51,194 nucleotides of DNA. Source: an uncultured Spirochaetota bacterium (lineage in GTDB: Bacteria > Spirochaetota > B62-G9 > DRHN01). Below, one piece after another: positions 36,796-46,426 of this stretch. The translations under genes were made by a program, and so were the position numbers. The stretch lies in assembly GCA_964460545.1 (NCBI GenBank), contig CAYWUT010000007.1, positions 1-51,194 on the forward strand. Reading direction: 5' to 3'. Position 1 is the stretch's first letter. Each line of letters begins with the position of its first letter. The notes below the pieces were generated by a model. The model saw nothing but the letters and a program-made list of their open reading frames with translations. It did not search any database and was not told the origin of the DNA.

Positions 36796-37509
36796 ATGAA
36801 CATCGTCGGATTTACGGACATACACGGAAGAACGGAAAAATTAATAAACGCGGAATCCGCGATCCGCGAAGCCGATCTCGTGCTCCTCTCCGGCGATATA
36901 ACGCATTTCGGACATTCCGAGGATGCCGGGCTCGTTATAGCTGAAATCAGGCGTCTGGCAAACGGTTCGGCCGGAATAGGGGCGGTTCACGGTAATTGCG
37001 ACTATCCGGCAGTGGAATCTTACCTCGTGGGTGAGGGCCTGAGCCTGAGCGGGAGATGCCTGAACGCGGGCGAATACGCCCTCATCGGGGCCGGAGGCTC
37101 TTTACCCGCGCCGGGCTCTACACCCAATGAATACTCGGAGGATGAGCTCGGTATGCTCCTGGCCTGCGGCCTGTCGGGTGTCCGCTCGGGAAGCCGTATC
37201 ATCATGGTCTCTCATCAGCCCCCGCGGGATACGGCGCTCGACAGGGTGGGAAGGAGACACGTGGGGAGCAGAGCGGTCCGGGATTTTATTTTAAAAAACA
37301 GGCCGCTTCTCTGTTTCTGCGGCCATATACACGAGAGCATGGGGATCGACGAGATCGGAGATACCGTGCTCGTTAATCCGGGTCCCCTGCCCGGAGGCGG
37401 GTACGCCCTCGCGCAACTCGGCGACGGGGACCTGTCCGTGAAAATAATACAGTCGGGCGCCGAAGTCGCGCGCCTTGACAAGGCTATACGAAAAACCGGA
37501 GGAGTATGA
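36796..37509 (+). CDS. Calcineurin-like metallophosphoesterase
   Basis: DIHG, GD, GNCD, HQPP, GHIHE, VNPG; GGAG RBS. Confidence 0.88.
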   Translation: MNIVGFTDIHGRTEKLINAESAIREADLVLLSGDITHFGHSEDAGLVIAEIRRLANGSAGIGAVHGNCDYPAVESYLVGEGLSLSGRCLNAGEYALIGAGGSLPAPGSTPNEYSEDELGMLLACGLSGVRSGSRIIMVSHQPPRDTALDRVGRRHVGSRAVRDFILKNRPLLCFCGHIHESMGIDEIGDTVLVNPGPLPGGGYALAQLGDGDLSVKIIQSGAEVARLDKAIRKTGGV

Positions 37510-37789
37510 AGGCCACCGTCACCGATGCTCCCACTGAAAACACGAGCCCGCCTCCGAACCAGGCGGTGATGAGGGCCGCCCCCATGCCCGCGGCCGCGGC
37601 CGCCGGCATTTGAGGAATAGCTTTCAGGACCCCGGGAAAGATGAGGGCTCCGAGCGCCGCGCTCGGTATAAACCTGAGGAACCTTCGTAACAGGGGCGGC
37701 GGGTCGAAATTCTTCATTAAATAGAGGGGGAGAATGCGAGGGATGGAGGTGACGGCGGCCATGCAAAGGATGATGATCCAGACACTCAT
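37484..37789 (-). CDS. azlD: AzlD-family branched-chain amino acid exporter small subunit
   Basis: MAAVTSIPRILP, FIPSAALGALIFP; coupled to the azlC stop. Confidence 0.85.
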   Translation of the reverse strand: MSVWIIILCMAAVTSIPRILPLYLMKNFDPPPLLRRFLRFIPSAALGALIFPGVLKAIPQMPAAAAAGMGAALITAWFGGGLVFSVGASVTVAFILLRFFV

Positions 37790-38514
37790 TCCTCTTCACC
37801 TCCGTCTTTTTTTCCGAATACAAGGGCACCGATACCGGATGAAACGAGGATGGCGGCGACGAGCGACCATCCCGGTTTGATCCCCGCAGTCTGAAGCAGT
37901 GAATTGGCTCCGGCAGCTCCGGCGGCCGTCAGCAGTGCGGGAAGGGATTTCCTGATGACGGGGACGAGAATCGCTCCGAAGAGTGCGTAGAGCGCGACGT
38001 ACATGCTCACCTGAAGGGTCGGCGGAATAATCCCCCCTATAACGGACCCCGCCGCCGTACCAGCAACCCAGCTTGCGTACGAAACGAGCTCGATACCGAT
38101 CACGTACCCGGGCGCGAGACTGCCGCTCGAGGACGACGCGAGTGAAAAGGTCTCGTCGGTCAACCAGAAACCGATGAGCGCCGGCGCCTTCGTTTTTGTG
38201 AGCCGGTCGGCAATGGATGCGCTCATGAGAAAATGCCTGAAGTTCATCAGGAATGTAACCGATACGATCTCGGCGGCGGCGGTATGCGAAGCCATGAGGC
38301 CGATAGCCATGAACTGGCTTGCGCCCGCGAAAACGAGTACCGAGAGGGAGACGGCCTGCACGGCCGATACGGTCTCCGAAGCGAGCATCCCGAAGGTAAC
38401 GGCAATGGGGAAATAACCGATGATGATGGGGATACCGGCCGAGCATCCCCGGAAAAAAGCCGGGCCCCGCTTCTCGCGTCCTTTTCCGGGTATAACTGTT
38501 TTTCGCATATCCAT
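37786..38514 (-). CDS. azlC: AzlC-family branched-chain amino acid exporter permease
   Basis: PIIIGYFP, VFAGASQF, NFRHFLMS, LTDETF, SYASWVAGT; GGAGG RBS supports ATG 38514 or 38508. Confidence 0.9.
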   Translation of the reverse strand: MDMRKTVIPGKGREKRGPAFFRGCSAGIPIIIGYFPIAVTFGMLASETVSAVQAVSLSVLVFAGASQFMAIGLMASHTAAAEIVSVTFLMNFRHFLMSASIADRLTKTKAPALIGFWLTDETFSLASSSSGSLAPGYVIGIELVSYASWVAGTAAGSVIGGIIPPTLQVSMYVALYALFGAILVPVIRKSLPALLTAAGAAGANSLLQTAGIKPGWSLVAAILVSSGIGALVFGKKDGGEEE

Positions 38515-38619
38515 GCGTGCCTCCGGGTTTTTCACGTGAACAGGTAATTCCAACATAGCCCTGTCCGGTTCGAACCTTCCGTGGTAAATTAACGATAGAG
38601 GCCCCGTAAATAAAATATT

Positions 38620-39426
38620 TTGTTCACCGCCGGGCATCGGGCCCGAATTTCGAGTGCGGATTTGCGCTTGACACCTCTATTCAGAGCGGTTGCCGATCTC
38701 TTCAGCGCTCTTGTGAACCTTCTTTTTCCAAACAGGTGCTTTTTCTGCGGGAGGCCCACGGACGGGGTGGTCTGCCCGGATTGCATGGAAAATTTAAAAC
38801 GTGCGGGACGGAACTGCTGCCTCAGATGCGGGGCCCCTGTGACGGGTGAAAGCGGAGCAGTGTGCGATCAATGCAGGGATATGCAGTTCGTGTTCACACG
38901 GAATGAATCGATCGGCGTGTATGGAGGGGAAATCCGGGATCTCATACGGCTCTACAAGTTTACCGGGAGGAGGTCCCTGGCATCGGTATTCGCCCGGCTC
39001 GCGCTTGCCGAGAAGAAGATGTATATCGAACGTCACGATGTGCTCGTCCCCGTTCCATTGACGAGGAGGAGACACCATGAGAGGGGATTCAACCAGTCCG
39101 CACTTTTGGCGCACCGTATAAGCAGGGGGATATCGACACCTCTCCTGGTCCGGGCTCTCTGCAGGAGGGGGAATGCGCTTCCTCAGTCAAGTATCACATC
39201 TCTTGCACAGAGAAAGGGAAATATGACCGATAGGTATTATGTACGGAAACGGGTTTGGAATCGTCTGTCGGGTCTAAACGTACTCCTTGTCGACGATGTT
39301 TTAACAACGGGTGCCACCGCTTCGGCATGTGCAAAGGCCCTCTATTGCGCGGGTGCGGTCAACGTGGATCTTTTTACGATTGCACGAGCGGTGAAGGAAA
39401 CTGTTCCCGGTGAGCGCTTCGGCTAG
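38620..39426 (+). CDS. comF: ComF family (double zinc ribbon + phosphoribosyltransferase-like)
   Basis: LFP.RCFFC..C / CLRC..CDQC, VPVPL...R..ERGFNQS, VLLVDDVLTTGAT; start uncertain (TTG 38620 or 38668). Confidence 0.88.
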   Translation: MFTAGHRARISSADLRLTPLFRAVADLFSALVNLLFPNRCFFCGRPTDGVVCPDCMENLKRAGRNCCLRCGAPVTGESGAVCDQCRDMQFVFTRNESIGVYGGEIRDLIRLYKFTGRRSLASVFARLALAEKKMYIERHDVLVPVPLTRRRHHERGFNQSALLAHRISRGISTPLLVRALCRRGNALPQSSITSLAQRKGNMTDRYYVRKRVWNRLSGLNVLLVDDVLTTGATASACAKALYCAGAVNVDLFTIARAVKETVPGERFG

Positions 39427-39653
39427 CGGTATTATTTACTTTTATGGAAAAAGACCGATAATTAGAGCGAATTTCGAATCGTGAAAATATACTTAATGGA
39501 GGGCTTTCACATAGAGAGGACATACTGTTTCCCGTGAACTTCTGGAGTTGTTTATAATAATATGGAGATGATTATTATGCTTAATTACCGTTGCATGGCA
39601 TATAAAGAGCTCGAAGTTCACCCTCATTAAGCGAATTCACACGGGTCCGGGCA

Positions 39654-42041
39654 ATGGCAAAACTAATAATTCGATATCCAAACAACGTCATCAATGAAGT
39701 TGAATTCGAGCAGCCGAAGTATACGATAGGCACGGCCGAAGACAACGATCTCGTGCTCACGGGGGTTGAGGTGTCCCCCCATCAGGCCGAGATATACACC
39801 GCTGGCGGCGCCTATTCTCTCGTCGATGTCTCCGAAAACAACAACACGTCCGTAAACGGGAAGAAGGTAGAAAGGGTAAACATCACCTATGGGGACAGGA
39901 TCAGTTTCGCGAATATCGTCGGTCTCTTCTACCCGTCCAAAAAAGGGCAAATGGCGGACAAGACGAAGGTTATCCTCTATCTTGCGGCCGGAGCCGGAGT
40001 AATACTCGTATCCATCGCACTCATATTCTTCCTGACAACGCGGCAGATTTCCTCGGTCGTTTCAGGCGGTATCGGAGAAGCGTTCCAAACGGACGAGGTT
40101 CCTGCCGAAACGGTACAGGAGGAACCGGTTACTCGAAGAGCTCGAGAGCCCCGTGTCCGGGAAAGCGGAAGGGCCGAGAGACCGGACCGTGTTGAAAAAG
40201 CCTTCAATCTTAATATTTTCAAAGGTCGTGATCTGGAGCTCCCGCAGCCGCCGGTAAATGCGGTACGGAAGCGGGCCGCGACAGCCGTACCCACGGGACT
40301 GAGGAGGCTCTTCTTTCGAAAAATTCCCGTGCCCGTTGTTCTTTCCGGAGAAACACCGGTGTCTGCTCCGGAGGATGTTCCCGCGGCAGAGACGGCCGTC
40401 CAGGCCGATACGGCCTATACGGGTGAAGATCTTGATGCGCTGGAAGCCTTGCCCGAGGAGGAAAAGAAGGGGGTATTCGGCAGAATCGTTTCTCCGTTCA
40501 GGAGGTTGTTCGGATTAGAGGAAGCCGTGCCTCTTGAAGCGGATACGGGGGAGGAAGGCCCGGACGAGGCCGGGGCGGAGCAGATCGCCGTTCCCGCGAG
40601 TCCGTCCACACCTGCCATTGAGCCGGAAAAACCTTCGGACGAGGACGTAAAGCGGGTCACCGATCCGCTCGAGCCCGTGCGTAAGAGGGATATTGCGGGA
40701 ATACGGGAGGATATGTTCGAGGAAAAGCCCGTGTACAGTGAAAAGGAGATCGAACAGTACAGGAGCGATTATTCACTTTCGGACATCCCTGTTTCCGCCA
40801 GCGAAGGACTGAACATCGATATTCTCTGGAAGTATCCGGAGATACCGGAGGAAACGGGAAGCGTCATCAGGTCGGGAGCGTTCGGAATTGTCGATGACGA
40901 CAAGGTCTTCGATTATCTGTACGGAACCGCTGAAGGGGACCTCGTGCTGCTGGGCGGCGCAACAGGGCAGGAGCTCCTGAGAGAAGAAATGCAGGGACCC
41001 TTTTTCGAGCCCGTGCTCTGCGATTTCGACGGCGACAGGCGGGATGATATCCTCATAATCTATGAAAGCGGGGATATCGAAGCGATGAGCTTCGAGCTCG
41101 ACCGCCTGTGGTACTACGTGGGGGGAGACAGAATAACGGCACTGCCGCTCCTCAACGATGCGAACGGGGACGGCACGCCTGATATCATATTCGCGACCTT
41201 CGGCATGGAAATCGTTGCGGTAGATGGAACGAACGGTTTCGAGCTGTGGCGTTTCAACGATATAGAAAGTGAGATCATTTATCCGCCCGTCGGTGTGGAC
41301 ATCAACGACGATTCGATTCGGGACGTGGCGTTTGTAACGGTAAACGGCTCCCTGCACGCGATCGACGGAAGCAACGGGTGGGGTATCTGGAAAAGAAATA
41401 TCTTTGGAAAGCCGGCGGGGCCGTGTTCCGCGGGCGATATCGACGGGGACGGCGAATACGACCTCGTTTCGTTGACGAGGAGCGGCACGATCTCGGCTTA
41501 CGGCGGAGACGGTCAGCTGCATTTCAGGTGGGAAACACAGTCCTCGCACAACGTACCGCCCACTCTGGGAGACACGGACGGTGACGGGACCGTGGATATC
41601 GTTCTGATAGATGTGGACGGTAAAATAACGGCCATGGAAGGGGCAACCCGGAGAGAGAAGTGGGTTTATGAAACCGAGGAAGGATTTTCGCTTACCCGGC
41701 CCGCTCTCGTCGATATCGACGGCAGCGGGAGTATGGACGTGATCGTCGGTTCGGCCTCGGGCGCGCTCAGTATCATCGAGGGCGAATCCGGCGGCCTGCT
41801 GGCGCTTTTCAACAGCCGGGGGTATCTGTTCGCATCGCCCGTAGTGCGTGATATCAACAGGGACAGGATACTCGAAATTCTGATCGCGAACTACGGCGGA
41901 GAGGTCTATGCGCTGCAGGCGACCGATACCCGTACGGGATTCTTTACATTAAGGAGATCTTCCTGGGCGAACCCGCATCATGATATGTGGAATACCGGTT
42001 TTGCCCGGCGGAATTTTATAGTATCGCTTCGTAAGAGATAG
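39654..42041 (+). CDS. Membrane protein: degenerate FHA, TM helix, acidic linker, FG-GAP/VCBS beta-propeller
   Basis: N-terminal FHA-like strand pattern; TM VILYLAAGAGVILVSIALIFFL; repeated DxDGDGxxD loops (DFDGDRRDD, DANGDGTPD, DINDDSIRD, DIDGDGEYD, DTDGDGTVD, DIDGSGSMD, DINRDRILE); C-terminal W..PHHD.WNTG. Confidence 0.8.
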   Translation: MAKLIIRYPNNVINEVEFEQPKYTIGTAEDNDLVLTGVEVSPHQAEIYTAGGAYSLVDVSENNNTSVNGKKVERVNITYGDRISFANIVGLFYPSKKGQMADKTKVILYLAAGAGVILVSIALIFFLTTRQISSVVSGGIGEAFQTDEVPAETVQEEPVTRRAREPRVRESGRAERPDRVEKAFNLNIFKGRDLELPQPPVNAVRKRAATAVPTGLRRLFFRKIPVPVVLSGETPVSAPEDVPAAETAVQADTAYTGEDLDALEALPEEEKKGVFGRIVSPFRRLFGLEEAVPLEADTGEEGPDEAGAEQIAVPASPSTPAIEPEKPSDEDVKRVTDPLEPVRKRDIAGIREDMFEEKPVYSEKEIEQYRSDYSLSDIPVSASEGLNIDILWKYPEIPEETGSVIRSGAFGIVDDDKVFDYLYGTAEGDLVLLGGATGQELLREEMQGPFFEPVLCDFDGDRRDDILIIYESGDIEAMSFELDRLWYYVGGDRITALPLLNDANGDGTPDIIFATFGMEIVAVDGTNGFELWRFNDIESEIIYPPVGVDINDDSIRDVAFVTVNGSLHAIDGSNGWGIWKRNIFGKPAGPCSAGDIDGDGEYDLVSLTRSGTISAYGGDGQLHFRWETQSSHNVPPTLGDTDGDGTVDIVLIDVDGKITAMEGATRREKWVYETEEGFSLTRPALVDIDGSGSMDVIVGSASGALSIIEGESGGLLALFNSRGYLFASPVVRDINRDRILEILIANYGGEVYALQATDTRTGFFTLRRSSWANPHHDMWNTGFARRNFIVSLRKR

Positions 42042-42098
42042 GCTGGATAACGTATCGCTTTTTTATTCAGATAAAACCATGAGTATGGAAAACGTAAG

Positions 42099-44582
42099 AT
42101 GATTGACCTGAGAAAACCATGTACAGTTCTATGTGCGGTCCTGCTGCTTTCAGCCGTATTCGCTCCGCCGGCATTTTCATCAAAAAAGAGAAAGGCGCAG
42201 CAGGTAGAGCCGGCCGAAGAATCGGCCGAAGAATCGGCTGGGGAGGCTCCCGTTGAGTTTCCCCCCTTTACCGTGGGCGAGGTACTGAATCCCCCGGAGG
42301 AGGAGGAGGAGGAGGAGGAAGAACCCGCCGGTGACCTCAGGGGAACGGTAATAGATGAAAAGGGGGAACCCGTTCAGGGAGTGCTCATTACCTGCCTGGG
42401 TGAAAGCGGCATTATTATCGCCCATGACGTAACGGATGAAAACGGGGCATATGATTTCAGCGCGCTTCCGACCGGGAACTACACCATCAATGTGGATTAC
42501 AGCGGGTTCTCGTCACCCGTGGAGGTCTCTTTCGGTGAAGAAATGGGGCGGCCGCCCATACCGACGGGACTGCAGGTGAGCGAGGTAATGGTCTCGGATT
42601 CGGGCCAGTCAATAATACGGGTGGCCTGGGACCGGATGAAGAACGTAACGGGTTATAAGTGCGCGCTCTATCTCAGGGGGCAGAGTACTCCGATCCAGGA
42701 ATATCCCGATATGAAGCAGAACCATGTGGAATTCGGCAAGTTGAAAGAGGATACCGAATACCAGATAAGGGTTTATTCCAAGAATCCGAACGGCTATTCC
42801 TCGTCGTACAGGGTCGGTATAATACGAACGAAGAACCGTCCGCCTCTCCCGCCGTATGGTATCGGTGTTCTGTCCGCGATCAATAACGCGGTCGAAATCG
42901 TATGGAGAGCCCCGGATTGCGAGGACCTGGCCGGTTATCTGATTCAGATCAGAAAGGAAAACGGCAGATATCTCTACTATGCGAAGGACAAACTCACCGG
43001 GGCCGGCACCGAGGCCTTCGTCGTACGGCCGAGCGGCGATGAGTACGAGAGTATTTATATAGAAGGCATGCTTGAGGATGGAACGCCCGTCCTTGAGAAT
43101 ACCATGGAATATTCTTTCAAGTTCTACTCGATTGACCGGAGCGGCATGCTGAGCACTTCTTCGCCCGAAATTCAGCATATCGTACTGGAAGATACCATAC
43201 CGCCCAGGCCGCCCCGTGATGTTTTTTACGAATTCGTGGATGAAAACATGCTCCGAATAAGCTGGAAAAGGGCGGACCGCGATACCGACCGTTACGCGTT
43301 ATACTACGGTGTTACGCGAGACCGTTGGGACGAAGTCGTGTATACGAAGAAGAACACACACGAGCTCCTGGTCGACCGGGAGAAGCTGGCGAGCAGCAGC
43401 CTCTACCTGTCGGTCGTTGCTATCGACCGGGCCGGGAATGAGAGCGGTTACATGCCGGTCAAGAAGGCGACGACCGTTGCGGCGGGCAGGACCGTAACGG
43501 AAGACATCGTCTTTTCCTCTTCAGGGCTCTACAGGGACTACTCCGAAGCGATCAGGGAGCCTCCCGTGAAGAAGGCTCCGCCGAAAAAGAAGGTTGTTAA
43601 ACCCGCTCCTCCTCCGAAGCCGACCCGCTACGGTATCGATTATTTACGGGAAAAGGGCTACGTGGTCGAGGACGGGGAAACCGCGATACTGTCCGGGGAC
43701 CTCCTGTTCCCTGTCGACGCGCTTATAATGGTGAAGTCCGGAGGAAAACTGGAGATACGGGACGCGAAGCTCACTGCCTCCGACGGGCTGTGGGGAGGAA
43801 TAAGGTTTACGGGGGGTTCCCGGGGCACGATCCAGGACTCCAGCGTGCGGAGCGCGGCCATCGGCATCGGGATCATCGGGTGCCGTGATTCAGTACAAAT
43901 GAGAAATGTCAAGGTGTCGGATTGCGTTGAAAAGGGAGTGTATATAAAGGACAGTTCCGTATCACTCTCGATTCTGACGGTCTATGATAATCCGACAGGA
44001 ATGTTTGTTGAGAACAGCAGTGTCATCGTGGATAATTCCTCCTTCTATAAGAATACGAGGGGACTCACGGTTGTAAATTACAGCCTGAAAGTAAGCGACT
44101 CGCTTTTCAGGGATAACGGATCATACGGTCTCCGGCTTTACGGAGGCGGAACGGTGGAACGCTGCATTTTCAGCCATAACCTGGTGGGCGCGGTTCTCGA
44201 TCAGGGAAAGGGAAGTCCGCGGCTGATCGGTAATACCGTGAAGCATAACGCCATGGACGGCATCGTGGTGTCCACTGAAAACGGGATGCTTAAGAATAAT
44301 ATCATCGCGTTCAATGGAAGGCACGGTATATACAATAAGGATGATGCCAATCCCGTTATCCTCCAGTCGGATATCCTGAACAACGTGAAGTACGGGATCA
44401 CGGGAGGGGGTGTCGTCAGAAACTGCCACATCGCGTACAACAACGGCAGCGTGTATATCGACGATACCGGTTTGAAAGGGAAACAGGACAATGTACTCAG
44501 CTCGTCCTCGGCGGGCGTGATAAAACAGATACTCAATGCGGACCTCATAGAAGGGCTGTCCTACGTTCCGATCGTGCAGTAG
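42099..44582 (+). CDS. Exported protein: carboxypeptidase-regulatory-like domain, about 3 FN3 domains, C-terminal right-handed beta-helix
   Basis: Signal peptide; GTVIDEKGEPVQGV..TDENGAYDF..LPTGNY; P.PTGL..W..Y FN3 patterns; DTIPPRPP; Asn/Gly-ladder pectin-lyase-like repeats. Confidence 0.75.
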   Translation: MIDLRKPCTVLCAVLLLSAVFAPPAFSSKKRKAQQVEPAEESAEESAGEAPVEFPPFTVGEVLNPPEEEEEEEEEPAGDLRGTVIDEKGEPVQGVLITCLGESGIIIAHDVTDENGAYDFSALPTGNYTINVDYSGFSSPVEVSFGEEMGRPPIPTGLQVSEVMVSDSGQSIIRVAWDRMKNVTGYKCALYLRGQSTPIQEYPDMKQNHVEFGKLKEDTEYQIRVYSKNPNGYSSSYRVGIIRTKNRPPLPPYGIGVLSAINNAVEIVWRAPDCEDLAGYLIQIRKENGRYLYYAKDKLTGAGTEAFVVRPSGDEYESIYIEGMLEDGTPVLENTMEYSFKFYSIDRSGMLSTSSPEIQHIVLEDTIPPRPPRDVFYEFVDENMLRISWKRADRDTDRYALYYGVTRDRWDEVVYTKKNTHELLVDREKLASSSLYLSVVAIDRAGNESGYMPVKKATTVAAGRTVTEDIVFSSSGLYRDYSEAIREPPVKKAPPKKKVVKPAPPPKPTRYGIDYLREKGYVVEDGETAILSGDLLFPVDALIMVKSGGKLEIRDAKLTASDGLWGGIRFTGGSRGTIQDSSVRSAAIGIGIIGCRDSVQMRNVKVSDCVEKGVYIKDSSVSLSILTVYDNPTGMFVENSSVIVDNSSFYKNTRGLTVVNYSLKVSDSLFRDNGSYGLRLYGGGTVERCIFSHNLVGAVLDQGKGSPRLIGNTVKHNAMDGIVVSTENGMLKNNIIAFNGRHGIYNKDDANPVILQSDILNNVKYGITGGGVVRNCHIAYNNGSVYIDDTGLKGKQDNVLSSSSAGVIKQILNADLIEGLSYVPIVQ

Positions 44583-44626
44583 TAGGATAATTGACGGACT
44601 AAAAAGGGTAGAACGGGTAGCGCCTC

Positions 44627-46357
44627 ATGAATAGGGAGATACAGAATCGGTTTCATCTGCTCATGCAAGTCATCAGGGATACGGGCAGGAGGCTTGCCGC
44701 CTTATGTCTGATTTCAGCCGTTGCGGTGGTTTTCGTTTTTATCGGCGGTTCCTGCTGGTTCCTCTTTCATAATTATGAAAGAATGAACCGTACCTATTAC
44801 GCGGCGATGTTCAGGGACGTTTTCCTCTTTCAGCAGGATATTATCCGTAAGGACGGCTATAAGAATGATGTGCATGACGCGGCCGTGGCCGTAAGCAGGC
44901 AGCGGGGAGTGGTGAATGTCTGGTTCACGGACAGGGACGGAAGACTCCTCTACCATACGGACAGGAATTTCTACTCCGAATACGGCGCGAGGAGGCTTCC
45001 GGCCGAGTTTTACGAGAGTATTCGAACGGTGTGGCGGTTCAGCGAAGGGTTTCCTGCAGTTAATACGACCCCCATCGATATAAAAACACTCAGGATGAGC
45101 ATGCCGCTCTATCCGTTCGGCAACGATGAAGCCGATTTCATCATGGGTATGGATGCAAGACGGTTTATATTTGTGCCTGAGAACCTGAGCTACGCCATAC
45201 TGATCGGCGCGGGTTTTATCGTCGTTTCGGTAATCATTCTTTTCCTTCCCCTCTTTATGATTCTGCGTAACAAAATGAAACAGCTTACGACACAGGTCAG
45301 AACAGCGGCAGGGGCCGTCCTAGCCGCTCCCGAAGCCGGTCCAGGGGAAGAGGTCGTTAGACCGGAAGGTGTAGCGGAACCGACCGGGGAGGAGGTCGTT
45401 AGACCGGAAGGGGTGGCGGAACCGGCCGGGGAGGAGGTCGTTAGACCGGAAGGGGTAGCGGAACCGGAAGAACCTCGTGAGGAGCCGATGGCCGCCGTTA
45501 CCGGGAAACCGACCGGGGAGGAAGCGGAACCGGCCGGGGAGGAAGCGGAACCGGCCGGGGAGGAAATCGCCAAGCCGGAAGAGACCGGGGGAAAAGAGGT
45601 CGCTGCCGGGACGGAAACACGGCCCGTCATCGGGCGTGAGGAATTCATGAAAATAAGGGAGGAGGTTTTCGGCAAGCGTACCATCGAGCTTCCCTTTGTA
45701 CAGGCAAGCAATTATGTTCTCGACTCGCGGGAGGTGGGCGGAGATTATATATTCCACGCGAAGTCGGGAGAGGGTAAAGCCGACGTCCACTTTTACATAG
45801 GATACTCCACCCCCGCGTCCGGGGAAAGCGCGGTCCCCACGATGACGCTCATGATAGGAGAAGAACTGAAGAAACTGGCTGAGGACGGTGCACCGCTCCG
45901 GACACTCTTCAACGGCTGCAATCGCCTCTGCATTGAGAATAAAATATCCCTGGATCTCTCCGTTATCAGGTTCGAGGGCGATACGAAGAAGGTCGAATAT
46001 GCCGCGGGAGGGAACGGTAAGGGCCTCTATCTCAAGAGTGGAAACGGGGAGGTAAAAGAGCTTCTCCTCGAATCACCCCGGCCCGGAACAACGGAGGAGG
46101 GCGGATTCTCTGAATCCATCTCCGTAGCGGAGCTCCGTTTTAACAGCGAAGATATATTCGTGCTTATTCCCGCCAAGACCGCCGGAGCGGCTCCCGGAGG
46201 TACGTCTTTGGAAGAGATTCTCCGTTCCGAAATTCTGAAAAGCCGTGATTTGAGCGCTCAGACGATCGGAATGGAGGTCGTGGGCAGGTTTGAGGAGGCT
46301 GTTGCAGGAGGAGAGGCCCTCCCCAGGGCGGGTTTTGTGGTCGTTAAATACCTTTGA
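44627..46357 (+). CDS. Membrane protein: Cache-like periplasmic domain, Pro/Glu repeat linker, degenerate PP2C/SpoIIE-like domain
   Basis: Two TM helices flanking VWFTDRDGRLLYHT; REVGGDY and VEYAAGG SpoIIE-like motifs; other metal-binding Asp motifs absent. Confidence 0.65.
   Translation: MNREIQNRFHLLMQVIRDTGRRLAALCLISAVAVVFVFIGGSCWFLFHNYERMNRTYYAAMFRDVFLFQQDIIRKDGYKNDVHDAAVAVSRQRGVVNVWFTDRDGRLLYHTDRNFYSEYGARRLPAEFYESIRTVWRFSEGFPAVNTTPIDIKTLRMSMPLYPFGNDEADFIMGMDARRFIFVPENLSYAILIGAGFIVVSVIILFLPLFMILRNKMKQLTTQVRTAAGAVLAAPEAGPGEEVVRPEGVAEPTGEEVVRPEGVAEPAGEEVVRPEGVAEPEEPREEPMAAVTGKPTGEEAEPAGEEAEPAGEEIAKPEETGGKEVAAGTETRPVIGREEFMKIREEVFGKRTIELPFVQASNYVLDSREVGGDYIFHAKSGEGKADVHFYIGYSTPASGESAVPTMTLMIGEELKKLAEDGAPLRTLFNGCNRLCIENKISLDLSVIRFEGDTKKVEYAAGGNGKGLYLKSGNGEVKELLLESPRPGTTEEGGFSESISVAELRFNSEDIFVLIPAKTAGAAPGGTSLEEILRSEILKSRDLSAQTIGMEVVGRFEEAVAGGEALPRAGFVVVKYL
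45344..45466 (+). repeat. 42-bp coding tandem repeat x3 (GEEVVRPEGVAEP[T/A])
   Basis: Units start at 45344, 45386 and 45428. Confidence 0.9.
45515..45565 (+). repeat. 21-bp coding tandem repeat x2 plus partial (GEEAEPA)
   Basis: GGGGAGGAAGCGGAACCGGCC at 45515 and 45536, partial at 45557. Confidence 0.85.
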
Positions 46358-46363
46358 ATTATC

Positions 46364-46392
46364 TTGACTGACGGTTTAAATATTATTACAAT
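46364..46392 (+). promoter_or_regulatory. Sigma70-type promoter of the rimP operon
   Basis: TTGACT, 17 nt, TACAAT. Confidence 0.75.
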
Positions 46393-46426
46393 TTGTTAGC
46401 GATAGTATTGTAGACTGTGTTAGCTG

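Noticed and set aside
37484-37509. 26-bp 3' overlap of the metallophosphoesterase and azlD
   Set aside because: Short convergent overlaps are common; no further signal
39560-39630. 22-codon ORF (MEMIIMLNYRCMAYKELEVHPH) upstream of the FHA gene
   Set aside because: AT-rich promoter-like region, no convincing RBS or motif; cannot be supported
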